Below, one piece after another: positions 36,497 to 45,973 of a stretch of DNA of 51,121 nucleotides (within the stretch, counting starts at the first letter, position 1; each line of letters starts with the position of its first letter). The notes under the pieces are model-generated. The model saw only the letters and a list, made by a program, of their open reading frames with translations, was not told where the DNA came from and searched no databases. The position numbers were made by a program, and so were the translations under genes. This DNA is from Bacteroidota bacterium (GTDB lineage Bacteria > Bacteroidota > Bacteroidia > CAILMK01): NCBI GenBank assembly GCA_026391915.1, contig JAPLCZ010000168.1:1-51121 (forward strand), given 5' to 3'.

Positions 36497-37711
36497 TTAA
36501 GCACCCCCACTCATCCCGGCCACATACCCTGTACTCCAAGCCGCCTGGAAATTAAAGCCTCCGGTTACTGCATCAACATCCAAAACTTCACCGGTAAAAT
36601 ATAAACCCTCACACTTTTTACTTTGCATGGTTTTAAAATCAATGTCCTTTAAACTCACGCCACCGCAGGTAACAAACTCTTCTTTAAAAGTGCTTTTACC
36701 ATTTACTTTTAAAGTTAATCTCAATATGTTTTCTATGAGTTTATTGATGGATTTTTTAGAGACATCTGCCCATTTTGTTTGCAGATTTATCTCTGAATAC
36801 TCACACATCCATTCCCATAATCTGGATGCAAACCCAAACGGATTAATAGATGAAACCTGTTTATGAATATTGTTGTTTTTAAATTGATTGAGCTCTTCCC
36901 TCAATGCCTCTTCTTTGGTATTGGGTAATAGATTTATCCTTACAGAAAAATTATAATCTAACGCAGCTAACTCCCTTGCACCCCATGCTGACAGTTTTAA
37001 AACGGCAGGCCCACTAATGCCCCAATGTGTGATGAGGAAAGCCCCTTGTTGTTTGAGTTTTGTCCCTACAACTTCCACCTCTACAATTGGCAATGAAATA
37101 CCCGGTAAATCTTTTAGTGGATGGTTCTCTAAATTAAAAGTAAACAAAGAAGGCATGGGTGGGATGATAGTATGCCCTAATTCCTCTAGCCAATTATAAT
37201 GTTCTTTTTTAGTTGCACCACCGGTAGCAATTATAATTTTATCAAACTCAAAATCCCCAAGCCTTGCGGTTTTAATATAGAATCCAGCATTCTTTTTTGT
37301 GAGTTCAACATCCCCTGCATTCGTGAGTATTTTCACTCCTGCTTTCCTAGCTGCATCCTCTAAACATTGTGCAATAGTTTCAGAAGAATCTGTAGTAGGG
37401 AACATCCTTCCATCAGCTTCTGTTTTTAGTTTCACACCTTTCTCATCAAACCAATTAATAATATCTTTGGTAGAGAATTGTGCAAACACACTCCTTAACT
37501 CCCGCCCACCTCTTGGGTAGTTTTGCACCAATATATTATCATCAAAGCAAGCATGGGTTACATTGCACCGCCCACCGCCAGAAACCCTAACCTTAGCCAG
37601 CACCTTCCCCGATTTCTCTATTAAAACAACATCATGTTCTTTATAATTTTCTGCAATAGTAATTGCCGAAAAGAACCCCGCCGCGCCACCGCCTAATACA
37701 CCTATCTTCAT
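36497..37711 (-). CDS. HI0933/YhiN (BaiN-like) NAD(P)/FAD-dependent oxidoreductase
   Basis: GGGAAG, SGGGRCNVT, EFVTCGGV, and GEVLDVDAVTGGFNFQAAWSTG. Confidence 0.95.
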   Translation of the reverse strand: MKIGVLGGGAAGFFSAITIAENYKEHDVVLIEKSGKVLAKVRVSGGGRCNVTHACFDDNILVQNYPRGGRELRSVFAQFSTKDIINWFDEKGVKLKTEADGRMFPTTDSSETIAQCLEDAARKAGVKILTNAGDVELTKKNAGFYIKTARLGDFEFDKIIIATGGATKKEHYNWLEELGHTIIPPMPSLFTFNLENHPLKDLPGISLPIVEVEVVGTKLKQQGAFLITHWGISGPAVLKLSAWGARELAALDYNFSVRINLLPNTKEEALREELNQFKNNNIHKQVSSINPFGFASRLWEWMCEYSEINLQTKWADVSKKSINKLIENILRLTLKVNGKSTFKEEFVTCGGVSLKDIDFKTMQSKKCEGLYFTGEVLDVDAVTGGFNFQAAWSTGYVAGMSGGA

Positions 37712-37725
37712 ACTGCAAATTAAAT

Positions 37726-37755
37726 AAAAAAGGGGAGCATTAGCTCCCCTTTTTT
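37726..37755 (-). terminator. Terminator of the Omp28 lipoprotein gene
   Basis: A-run-ggggagc-atta-gctcccc-T-run. Confidence 0.8.
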
Positions 37756-37777
37756 GTTTATAATATTTTGAGATAGA

Positions 37778-38629
37778 TTATCTCATATTAGAGTTCTCCA
37801 CTTTTTCTGGAGTGCTGCCATTCATTTTAAAGATAGCTGCAATCACATGCATATTTGCAGGGTCCCATCCTTTAGTTACATCCAATGTAATTTTAATAGT
37901 GCTTTGGTATTCTTTATTAGCAGCTATAGGAGTTACAGTTCCTGTAGCCAATTGAGTACCTAACCAAGAGCCATTGCCAGCACGTAAAATGTGGTCATGG
38001 GTCATCATTTCCTGAACAATTGAGCCACCAGCTCCATCAGTAGTTTGGTTGGCTTTAATACCATCTTCTGTTACATAAACAGCAATGTTATAAGTACCTG
38101 TAGCAGCTTGTAAGAACTTAGTTTTTACATAAACTGTCATGGTTTTGCCATCGGTAGAAACTGTAGTAGCTCCTAATCCTAAGCCTACAACAGGAGTGTT
38201 AGATTGTCCTAAGAATTTAGATAAACTATCATGGCAGGCAAAAACGCTGTTGCCAATTAAAGTAAGATTATATCCAAAGCTAGGATAAGCGCTAGGAGGC
38301 ATAAAGGAAATAATTGCATCCCCTATACCATTGCTCCAGGCATCGGTTCTGTGCACGCTGATAGGATTGATTCTATCAGTGCCTAAACCTACAATTTCTG
38401 ATTTGAACTTAGGGATTCCATAAGAGCCACATGCATGACACCAAAGCCCTGTGAAATCGTACGCTAAAAATTCTTGGTCTGTATCAACTACAACACCTTT
38501 AAAAGGGTCGGTAACTACAGGTTTAACTACTGTTTTTGTTGGTGCTGTATCGTCATCAGGTGCTGGTTTAGTACATGAGCCAAGCGCAAAAACAGATGCA
38601 AGTGCAGCGTAAAGTAATAATTTTTTCAT
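37778..38629 (-). CDS. Omp28-related lipoprotein
   Basis: LGSC lipobox, DFTGLWCHAC, and HDHILR. Confidence 0.85.
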   Translation of the reverse strand: MKKLLLYAALASVFALGSCTKPAPDDDTAPTKTVVKPVVTDPFKGVVVDTDQEFLAYDFTGLWCHACGSYGIPKFKSEIVGLGTDRINPISVHRTDAWSNGIGDAIISFMPPSAYPSFGYNLTLIGNSVFACHDSLSKFLGQSNTPVVGLGLGATTVSTDGKTMTVYVKTKFLQAATGTYNIAVYVTEDGIKANQTTDGAGGSIVQEMMTHDHILRAGNGSWLGTQLATGTVTPIAANKEYQSTIKITLDVTKGWDPANMHVIAAIFKMNGSTPEKVENSNMR

Positions 38630-38746
38630 GGAAGTATTTTTTGTTTTTTGTGTTAAATAAAAAACGAAGTTAAAGAGATTTATTAAATACCAAACTATTT
38701 GTTATTATTTTTTCAACCACCTACCCCTTAAAACTACCTTTGCAGC

Positions 38747-39319
38747 ATGATTCAGCATGAAGGAACCCTTATCTCTTTAGATGTTTTGGAAGAGGATTTT
38801 GTTTGCAACCTAAGTCAATGTAAAGGTGCTTGCTGTGTGGAGGGTGACTTTGGTGCACCCCTTAATGAAGATGAAATTGAAATTATTGAAAGAGACCTTG
38901 AAGCCATAAAACCTTTTATGACAGCTGTTGCAGTTACCCAAATTGAAGAGATGGGTTTTGCAGAAAAAGACCCTGATGGAGATTTGGTAACCCAATGCAT
39001 TAAAGGTAGGGATTGTGTATTTGCCATCAGTGAAAAAGGCGTGTATAAATGTGCAATTGAAAAAGCATATGAAGCAGGAAAAACAGATTTCAAAAAACCA
39101 ATTTCTTGTCATCTTTATCCCATAAGGTTAAGTGAATTGCAAGATTATACTGCCATTAACTATAGCGTTTGGGATATCTGTACACCTGCCTGCACTTTAG
39201 GCAAAGAATTAAAAGTACCCGTTTATAAATTCTTGAAAGAACCTTTACAAAGGAAATTTGGTGTGCAATGGTATAAGGATTTGGAGCTGATAGCTAAGGA
39301 GTTTTTAAAAACAAAATAA
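38747..39319 (+). CDS. DUF3109 family Cys-rich protein
   Basis: FVCNLSQCKGACCVEGD, KPISCHLYP, and ICTPAC. Confidence 0.9.
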   Translation: MIQHEGTLISLDVLEEDFVCNLSQCKGACCVEGDFGAPLNEDEIEIIERDLEAIKPFMTAVAVTQIEEMGFAEKDPDGDLVTQCIKGRDCVFAISEKGVYKCAIEKAYEAGKTDFKKPISCHLYPIRLSELQDYTAINYSVWDICTPACTLGKELKVPVYKFLKEPLQRKFGVQWYKDLELIAKEFLKTK

Positions 39320-39408
39320 TTGGGCCTACCCAGAAAGCGGCAAGGTTTTCCATATCTCTCAAATTACAAACTGCCTTACCTTTGTAGGCATAATTCATAA
39401 TCCAAAAC

Positions 39409-40494
39409 ATGAAAAAACTATTACTCTTAATTTCACTTATCGGTCTTCTATCAAATGCATTTGCGCAAGATGATAATGCAGTAATTCCGCCTACCAATAA
39501 ATACAGCCTGCATGCGCAGGACGTAACTGTGATGCTCTATTCCCCAGATGGAAAAACAATAGTTACAGGTTCCAGAGATTTAACTATTAAAACATGGGAC
39601 GCCACCACCCTTGCAGAAGGCAAAACTTTTAGCGGACATGAGGCAACTGTAAACTGTATTGCCATTAGTAAAGACAGTAAATATATGCTCTCAGGTTCTG
39701 ATGACGGCACAGTACTTTTATGGGATTTTGAACAAGGGAAAATTATACAACGCATACGCAACCACACTGGCCCTGTATATGGTGTTGCTTTTAGTGTGGA
39801 TGCTCAAACAAAATACTACTATAGCACAGGTGAAGACGGAAGCATACAGGTGTATGACCGCACCATTAACAATAAAAATATTAAGGCAATGAAAACAGAA
39901 GGCAATGGCAATAAAGCCATGCTGATGGACCCGCGAGGTAAGTTTATTTACACTGCCGGGTATGATGGAAAAATAAGACAGTATGACCCCGAAACCAATG
40001 CCCTTTTGAATACTTATGCGGCAGGGCACACAGGAGAAATAACTGCTATGATTTTCTCCCCAGACTACACTAAAATTGCTACCGCAGCGGATGATAAAAA
40101 GATAATAATTTGGGATACTGCTACTCATAATGTAGAAAAGACTTTGCTGGGCCACACCTGGAAAATCTTTTCTATATCCTATAATAATAATGGTGAGTAC
40201 ATGGCATCCAGCAGTAATGATGGAAGTGTGCGGATTTGGAATGTGAGTACTGCCAAAGAAGTAAAACAATTTGCTACCCCCAAACGGAGAACATTTTTTA
40301 CTGTGATGATGAAGGCAGATGCCACATCAGTATTTGCGGCAATACAAACCAAAAAGCCCGGCGACCCTACCGTTTATACATGGGATACAGGAGTGCCAGC
40401 AACCACAGCAGTTGTCCCTGTAATTGTGATAGAAGAACCTAAGAAAGTTGAACCTATAAAAACTATCAAAAAGCCTACTGGCAAAAAACAATAA
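39409..40494 (+). CDS. Secreted WD40-repeat protein
   Basis: Signal peptide and about seven GH...WD repeats. Confidence 0.92.
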   Translation: MKKLLLLISLIGLLSNAFAQDDNAVIPPTNKYSLHAQDVTVMLYSPDGKTIVTGSRDLTIKTWDATTLAEGKTFSGHEATVNCIAISKDSKYMLSGSDDGTVLLWDFEQGKIIQRIRNHTGPVYGVAFSVDAQTKYYYSTGEDGSIQVYDRTINNKNIKAMKTEGNGNKAMLMDPRGKFIYTAGYDGKIRQYDPETNALLNTYAAGHTGEITAMIFSPDYTKIATAADDKKIIIWDTATHNVEKTLLGHTWKIFSISYNNNGEYMASSSNDGSVRIWNVSTAKEVKQFATPKRRTFFTVMMKADATSVFAAIQTKKPGDPTVYTWDTGVPATTAVVPVIVIEEPKKVEPIKTIKKPTGKKQ

Positions 40495-40952
40495 TGAGCA
40501 GAGTTTGGGTATATCAAAGCAACAGGAGATTGAGTGATTTAGAAGTTGCCTCCATCAGTAATGAGTTATTTGAATTTACACAAAGATGGGCTGCCCATGG
40601 TGCAAAACTCACGACCTCTTATGATGTAAAACATAACTACTTTATCATCCTAAAAGTGGATGAAGATATGACCGCCGCCTCAGGTTGTAGCATTGATGAT
40701 TCAGTAAAATTTATTAAAGGGATTGAAGAGAAATACCACATCTCTTTGTTTGATAGAAAAAGCATTGCCCTTATGCAAAATGGCAAGATACAATTAGCGC
40801 CATTGCATGAACTATCTTCCCTTTTTAAAAGCGGAAGCCTTACAGATGAAACCTTAATTTTTAATAACTCTGTAAGTACAGAAACAGAATTGAAAAATAA
40901 CTGGGCAATGCCCCTAAAGCAAAGCGCTGTTTATAGGTTTGTGATTGGCTAA
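40494..40952 (+). CDS. Conserved Bacteroidota hypothetical protein
   Basis: RVWVYQS, WAAHG, ASGCSID and FNN motifs. No Walker A motif. TAATG overlap with the WD40 gene. Confidence 0.82.
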   Translation: MSRVWVYQSNRRLSDLEVASISNELFEFTQRWAAHGAKLTTSYDVKHNYFIILKVDEDMTAASGCSIDDSVKFIKGIEEKYHISLFDRKSIALMQNGKIQLAPLHELSSLFKSGSLTDETLIFNNSVSTETELKNNWAMPLKQSAVYRFVIG

Positions 40953-40954
40953 CC

Positions 40955-41392
40955 TTATTTATTAAGCTTTATACTCTGCTTAAATTCTTTCTCAGAATAA
41001 TTGAATTTGCTGTCATCAAAACTGGGTGGAAACATACCATGTTTTGCATTATTAGAGAAGCCTGTTGGCTCCTTTGGGATGTGCATAAAATTGGTGGTCA
41101 TTATATCATTGCCATCCAAATCCTGATAGCAGGAAACGGCATAGCTGCCATAAGGCAAATCTTTAACAGTAAGGGTAGGAGAGGCCTCACCATTTAGGGT
41201 GAGTTTTATCCTCCTGAAAGCTCCTTTTTTGCTAGGGAACTTTGCCCCGGGTTTATACAATGAAACGATAATAGCAGATTTGGTATCCGCTAATCCCGTA
41301 AAAGTAATGAGTAAGTTTTGTTGTGTATCCGGCTTAAAAGCAGTGGCAATAAAAATGAAAAGAACAAATAGTGTTTTGATAAAAAGATTCAT
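40955..41392 (-). CDS. DUF2141 family secreted protein
   Basis: GSYAVSCYQDLDGN..IPKEPTGFSNN..PPSF. Confidence 0.9.
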   Translation of the reverse strand: MNLFIKTLFVLFIFIATAFKPDTQQNLLITFTGLADTKSAIIVSLYKPGAKFPSKKGAFRRIKLTLNGEASPTLTVKDLPYGSYAVSCYQDLDGNDIMTTNFMHIPKEPTGFSNNAKHGMFPPSFDDSKFNYSEKEFKQSIKLNK

Positions 41393-41498
41393 TTGTGGGG
41401 GATGTTATTTTATGGCTGCAAAGGTAAAAGCTAAGTTTGCAGCAAACTAAATTTCTTGTGCTTTTATCAAATTAAATTACCTTGCTTTGCACTTTATT

Positions 41499-42998
41499 AT
41501 GGTTGCCAGATTCTGTTTGTTGTTTACCTCTCTTTCTTTGTTTTCTAATAAAATATTTTCTCAAAATAGAATACCCACCTATGCTTATGTATGGGAAAAA
41601 CCTGATTCTAATTACGTCAATTTTATCCCTATAGCGTGGGTGGGTTTGGGGCATGCCTCTGACTCTGGTTTTACGATAAAAGAAATAGAAAACATTAAAG
41701 CTAAAACTGACCTGATGCCGCAGGGGCATAAAGTAATTTTAATGTGGAACCAAAGAAGGTGGATTTGCAATCATCCATCAGATTTTGTACGGGATAATAG
41801 AGGGGTGGTGCAAGGTTATACTGATGCTAAAAATAGATTTCACCCTTATAAAAGTATATGGTGGGATGCCGGGGTGGATTCTGCATTTAAAATCAATATT
41901 GATTTTTTTAAAAAGTATGACTCCATAGGCGGCAAAGCAGATGTAATGCTGATGGATGATGAAGAAGGCTTTAGCAATTGGGCTTTGGATAGCAAAGCCA
42001 ATGAGCTGTATGGGGGTGATGAAAACATTTATTATTTGTTGGAATATTACCAATCCATCATGAGTGACCCAAGGTATAAAGGCATAAGAAGGCAACTAAG
42101 TTTTGATGAAATAGAGAAGGCACATTGGTATTTAAGAGGCAATGAGTATTTAGAGTGGAATGCCCTAATGAAAGAAAGAGAAGCCGCCTATTTTAGTAAA
42201 GCAATCTATTCCCCAGCAAAATCTTTTTACCCCAATATAAAGGCATCCAACTATAGGCATTACCATACTAACCATAAGTTCCCAGTGCCTGGGTTTCACG
42301 GCAATAAAGAGTACCTTTTTAGAAACGGGAGCCAAGTGGGCACCCATCAATCAAGAGACTTTTATGGCTATTTGGGTGAGATTACAAAAAGTAATATGCC
42401 GGTGGGGGCATCCTCTTTTAAGGCAAATTCTTTTAGCGCATTAATTTTTGAAGTCAATAAAATTAGAAGCATGGTTTTGTCTTCATCCACCCCTGTGCAT
42501 GCATGGGTTGCCTACAGTAGTTATAAAGATAAAAACCTTTGCTACCTTAATAAAAGCAATTATTACCAAGAGATGATTTTTCATCTTTTGCTTAATGGCA
42601 CTGATGCCCTTTGTTTCTTTAACCCAATAGTTGATGCTGATGGAAAGGCAGCCACCAAAGAGGATAACAACACCCTTAGCAAATGCCTGCAAGAGTATGA
42701 TGAACTCAATCTTTTTAAAGATTTAAAACCTGATGTTTTAACGGATAGCAACCTCATTAATTGGGAGGCACATTTTATTATCAGCAGCATGAGTAATGAT
42801 TCCATAAGCCTTTTTAGATTTACCCCAAAACTTAAAAGAGGTTCTAAATTGGAGAAGATAATTATCATGGATTATCCGGCAACTTTTAAGGTAGATGGCT
42901 ATACCGTTAGCATACCCAATGGTAGAATTTATTATCCCACCAAGCCTGCATCAAGGGCGGGGGTATGGGTGATAAGAAAGAATTTGGAGGGGGAATAA
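41499..42998 (+). CDS. Secreted hypothetical protein, possible TIM-barrel glycoside hydrolase-like fold
   Basis: Signal peptide; aromatic-rich; beta-strand VMLMDDEEG (D-x-E) and ASNY, QSRDFYG, HAWVA motifs. The fold is inferred. Confidence 0.7.
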   Translation: MVARFCLLFTSLSLFSNKIFSQNRIPTYAYVWEKPDSNYVNFIPIAWVGLGHASDSGFTIKEIENIKAKTDLMPQGHKVILMWNQRRWICNHPSDFVRDNRGVVQGYTDAKNRFHPYKSIWWDAGVDSAFKINIDFFKKYDSIGGKADVMLMDDEEGFSNWALDSKANELYGGDENIYYLLEYYQSIMSDPRYKGIRRQLSFDEIEKAHWYLRGNEYLEWNALMKEREAAYFSKAIYSPAKSFYPNIKASNYRHYHTNHKFPVPGFHGNKEYLFRNGSQVGTHQSRDFYGYLGEITKSNMPVGASSFKANSFSALIFEVNKIRSMVLSSSTPVHAWVAYSSYKDKNLCYLNKSNYYQEMIFHLLLNGTDALCFFNPIVDADGKAATKEDNNTLSKCLQEYDELNLFKDLKPDVLTDSNLINWEAHFIISSMSNDSISLFRFTPKLKRGSKLEKIIIMDYPATFKVDGYTVSIPNGRIYYPTKPASRAGVWVIRKNLEGE

Positions 42999-43083
42999 AC
43001 CCCCAAAGCAACCCAAACCCAAAACCTCCCTTTTTATCAAAAAATACCAAAAACCGCATTTTTGCAACACCCGAAGTGCCTGA

Positions 43084-43347
43084 CAGGGTTGTTAGGCTGT
43101 CCGTGGATTCCACGGATAGGGTGACAAGGATGGAAGGCAGTCTGTGGATTCCACGGATAGGGCAACAAGGATGGAAGGCATATAAAGTAACTGCATTATA
43201 TGGGTGACAAGGATGAAAGGTAGTCCGTAGAATCCACGGATAGGGTCACACGGATGGCGGGCATATAAAACAACTGAATTATATGGATAACAGAGTTGGA
43301 AGGCAAGCAAAACAACCGTATTATATAGGTAACAAGGATGCTGGGCA
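43084..43347. repeat. Non-coding array of six 41-42-bp units: constant ~23-bp block alternating with two types of palindromic spacer
   Basis: The acaaggatg core recurs at 43124, 43165, 43207, 43248, 43290 and 43332. Confidence 0.8.
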
Positions 43348-43392
43348 TATCAAACACCCATTTTACTGAGAACCGACAACTGATAACTAAGT

Positions 43393-44919
43393 TTACAGCT
43401 TCCAGCTAATCTTCATGCCGCCTGCCTGCCAAGCCTCTTCTATTTGGGATTCATCCATCTTCCCAAATTTAATATCAATAATAACAAGGATAGCAGTAAA
43501 AGCCCAAAGTGGCACAGAGGCTTTATCGGTATCCAAATAATTATTCATAATGCCATGCACATAATAGGTAACAAAGGCAATCCCTACGGCAAAAGCCACA
43601 AGGCGTGAGAATCTGTTTTTAGAGTAATAATACAGCATCATGCTTTTGTATAAACTATACAGCACAATGATAAGAATGGATATACTCCCCAGCACCCCAC
43701 TCTCTGCAAGTGGGCCAATATATTCGCTATGGGCATTGCCAAGGCTACCTGTATTGGTGCTAATAATAGTCTTTTCATTAGCCCGCTGGAAAGGGGCGTA
43801 TTGAAACATATAAGTTCCGGGTCCCCAACCAAAAACAGGGCGTTGGTTAAACATCCTAAAGGCGCAATTCCATCTATTTATCCTCTCAGTATTACTGGCA
43901 TCTGTAGATACATTGGAGATGGAGGCAATATGCTGGCTGAGGTCAGAGTCGGATACTTTTTTATTCTCCTTAAGTTTATCATAAAATGTATTCCATGTTA
44001 GTAGAGCAATGATAACAATCACTAAACTCCCCCACCCAATCATCCAAGGTCTTATTTTTAGTAGCAAGATTGCCATAAACCCAAGTGCCGCCACAATACC
44101 AATCCATGCGGCGCGGGCATAGCTCATGATAATTCCAAAAGTAAATAGCAAGAACAGGAAGCCAGAAAGAATTACCAACCATCTTGGTAAATGGAAGGTT
44201 TTAGGGAACATAGCAAACAGAAATAAGAAAGGCAGAAAGAGAGAAAGTATTGCCGCATAAACGCCATGCCCAGTAAAGTAGGGGTTAGAGGCATAGTTAG
44301 CATAGTTCTGATACCAATCATTTAAATACTCACGGTAGAGGGTATAAATAACCACATAGGATAGCGGAATAACCGAGGCAATTACAAACCATTTGATGTA
44401 GGATATTTTCCTGAAAATGGTGGTGCCAATTAAGTAAGCCACTGTAACAAACCAAAGCCTGCTAAGGAAGAATTTTATTGAGCCTAAGAACATCTCACTG
44501 GTGCATGCAGTAACTAAAACCCACGCCAGATTAAAGAAAATAATTTTAGTAAATGGATGTTTAAGGATGGATTTATCATAGCCTCCATCCAATAAAAGTT
44601 TAAAGTAAAAGAGGCACATCATCAGCATCAATACGGGCTCTGATGGAAGGTTAATACTTAGCCCAAAATCTTTAAAATATTCTATAACGCTAATGGGTGT
44701 GCTAAAGGCAACAAAGAGGAAGGCAATATCAGTCCGGTAAATAATTGCCCATGTAACCAAAAACACAAAAGGCAAAATATTTAGCCAATAAATGCCATAC
44801 GAAAAAAGGTAAGAGTTCAACCCCGTAAGCAGGATGAGAACTATAAACGCATATTTATTTTGCTTGATAGTAAGCAAAACGCTGTTCAAGGCAGGTTTTA
44901 TGATGAATGGTTTCGTCAT
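43393..44919 (-). CDS. O-antigen ligase/polymerase (Wzy/WaaL-like)
   Basis: Polytopic; SYARAAWIG, ERINRW, GWGPG and AHSEY. Confidence 0.9.
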   Translation of the reverse strand: MTKPFIIKPALNSVLLTIKQNKYAFIVLILLTGLNSYLFSYGIYWLNILPFVFLVTWAIIYRTDIAFLFVAFSTPISVIEYFKDFGLSINLPSEPVLMLMMCLFYFKLLLDGGYDKSILKHPFTKIIFFNLAWVLVTACTSEMFLGSIKFFLSRLWFVTVAYLIGTTIFRKISYIKWFVIASVIPLSYVVIYTLYREYLNDWYQNYANYASNPYFTGHGVYAAILSLFLPFLFLFAMFPKTFHLPRWLVILSGFLFLLFTFGIIMSYARAAWIGIVAALGFMAILLLKIRPWMIGWGSLVIVIIALLTWNTFYDKLKENKKVSDSDLSQHIASISNVSTDASNTERINRWNCAFRMFNQRPVFGWGPGTYMFQYAPFQRANEKTIISTNTGSLGNAHSEYIGPLAESGVLGSISILIIVLYSLYKSMMLYYYSKNRFSRLVAFAVGIAFVTYYVHGIMNNYLDTDKASVPLWAFTAILVIIDIKFGKMDESQIEEAWQAGGMKISWKL

Positions 44920-44940
44920 GCGACACTCACTACAGAAGTT

Positions 44941-45972
44941 CTACTCACCTAACGTAACTTCAGTTTTACCTCTTCTGTAATTCTCTTTGATAGCAAAATA
45001 AATCAGGCTACTCACAAAGGCAAAGCCCATAGCAAATAACACAAACAAACTCCTAATTGGGTAAGCAGGTTTATCAGAAGCCATAGCCTTACTGATTACA
45101 TATTGGTGTGGTATACGATGGAAGGCATCCATCTCCACCTGTTGCATTTTTTGGTATAGGTCTGATAAATGTCCTGACTCAATCCTTACCTCCTCTGTAA
45201 AACTTCTTGCTGCGGGGCTGTACTTTGCAAAATTATCCAACAGCTTTTCCATCTCCTTTGCCAAAGCCATGTTGCCAGATGCTTTTGCCTTGAGGTAAGT
45301 TTCTGTAATAATACCCGGTTGCCTATCAGTATTAATAACACCCAACGCCCCAATTTTGGCTAAGGTATCATTGCCTTTATTTATTTTATCTACCTTTTGT
45401 TGGTATTGTGTTTTGATGATTTCATAGGCAGCTTTAGAGATGCCTTGTTGCAAAGTACTCTTTAAACTATCCGCCATCTTAGCAATATCCGCGGCTATTG
45501 CCGTGGCAATTTTAGGGTCTTCATCCATTACCGAAATCTCCACACTCATATACTCAGTACGGGTAAATTTTACATTGCTATGATAGGAGTTGGAGAGTTT
45601 ATGGTTTGGGTACCTGCCGTTGCGGTCAATTCCATATCTATCTATCAAATCATATTTAGAGCATATTTTATCTGTTATTTCATCCGACTCAATAATCTGT
45701 AGCAATTGCTCTGCATCGGTCTCTAAACCAAAAGCAAGGTTATCAAATTGGTCTGATAATAACCCTACATAAGATTTAGCAATGGATGATGTTTTGGTAG
45801 GATAAACAATAATGGTTGCCTTATACTTTGGCGCCATAAAATACGGCATTGTAAATACCACAGAAAGCAATCCTGCGGCTAAACTAATAATGGCAAAGTG
45901 CTTTTTATAGCGGTTGAGGAAATCAATTACGTCAGCAAAATTGAGTTCGCCTTTTTGCGAATCACCTATCAT
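44941..45972 (-). CDS. Wzz/FepE chain-length determinant
   Basis: Two terminal TM helices, PKYKATIIVYP, a periplasmic coiled coil, and KPAYPIR. Confidence 0.85.
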   Translation of the reverse strand: MIGDSQKGELNFADVIDFLNRYKKHFAIISLAAGLLSVVFTMPYFMAPKYKATIIVYPTKTSSIAKSYVGLLSDQFDNLAFGLETDAEQLLQIIESDEITDKICSKYDLIDRYGIDRNGRYPNHKLSNSYHSNVKFTRTEYMSVEISVMDEDPKIATAIAADIAKMADSLKSTLQQGISKAAYEIIKTQYQQKVDKINKGNDTLAKIGALGVINTDRQPGIITETYLKAKASGNMALAKEMEKLLDNFAKYSPAARSFTEEVRIESGHLSDLYQKMQQVEMDAFHRIPHQYVISKAMASDKPAYPIRSLFVLFAMGFAFVSSLIYFAIKENYRRGKTEVTLGE

Positions 45973-45973
45973 G

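Noticed and set aside
40494-40952. ABC ATPase label sometimes attached to this family
   Set aside because: No Walker A/B or signature motif.
42907-43310. ORFs 42907-43113, 42965-43207 and 43092-43310
   Set aside because: They arise from the repeat array, whose 41-bp units break frame, and they overlap real genes.
43084-43347. CRISPR array
   Set aside because: Spacers fall into two recurring families rather than being unique, the repeats are degenerate, and there are no cas genes in the window.
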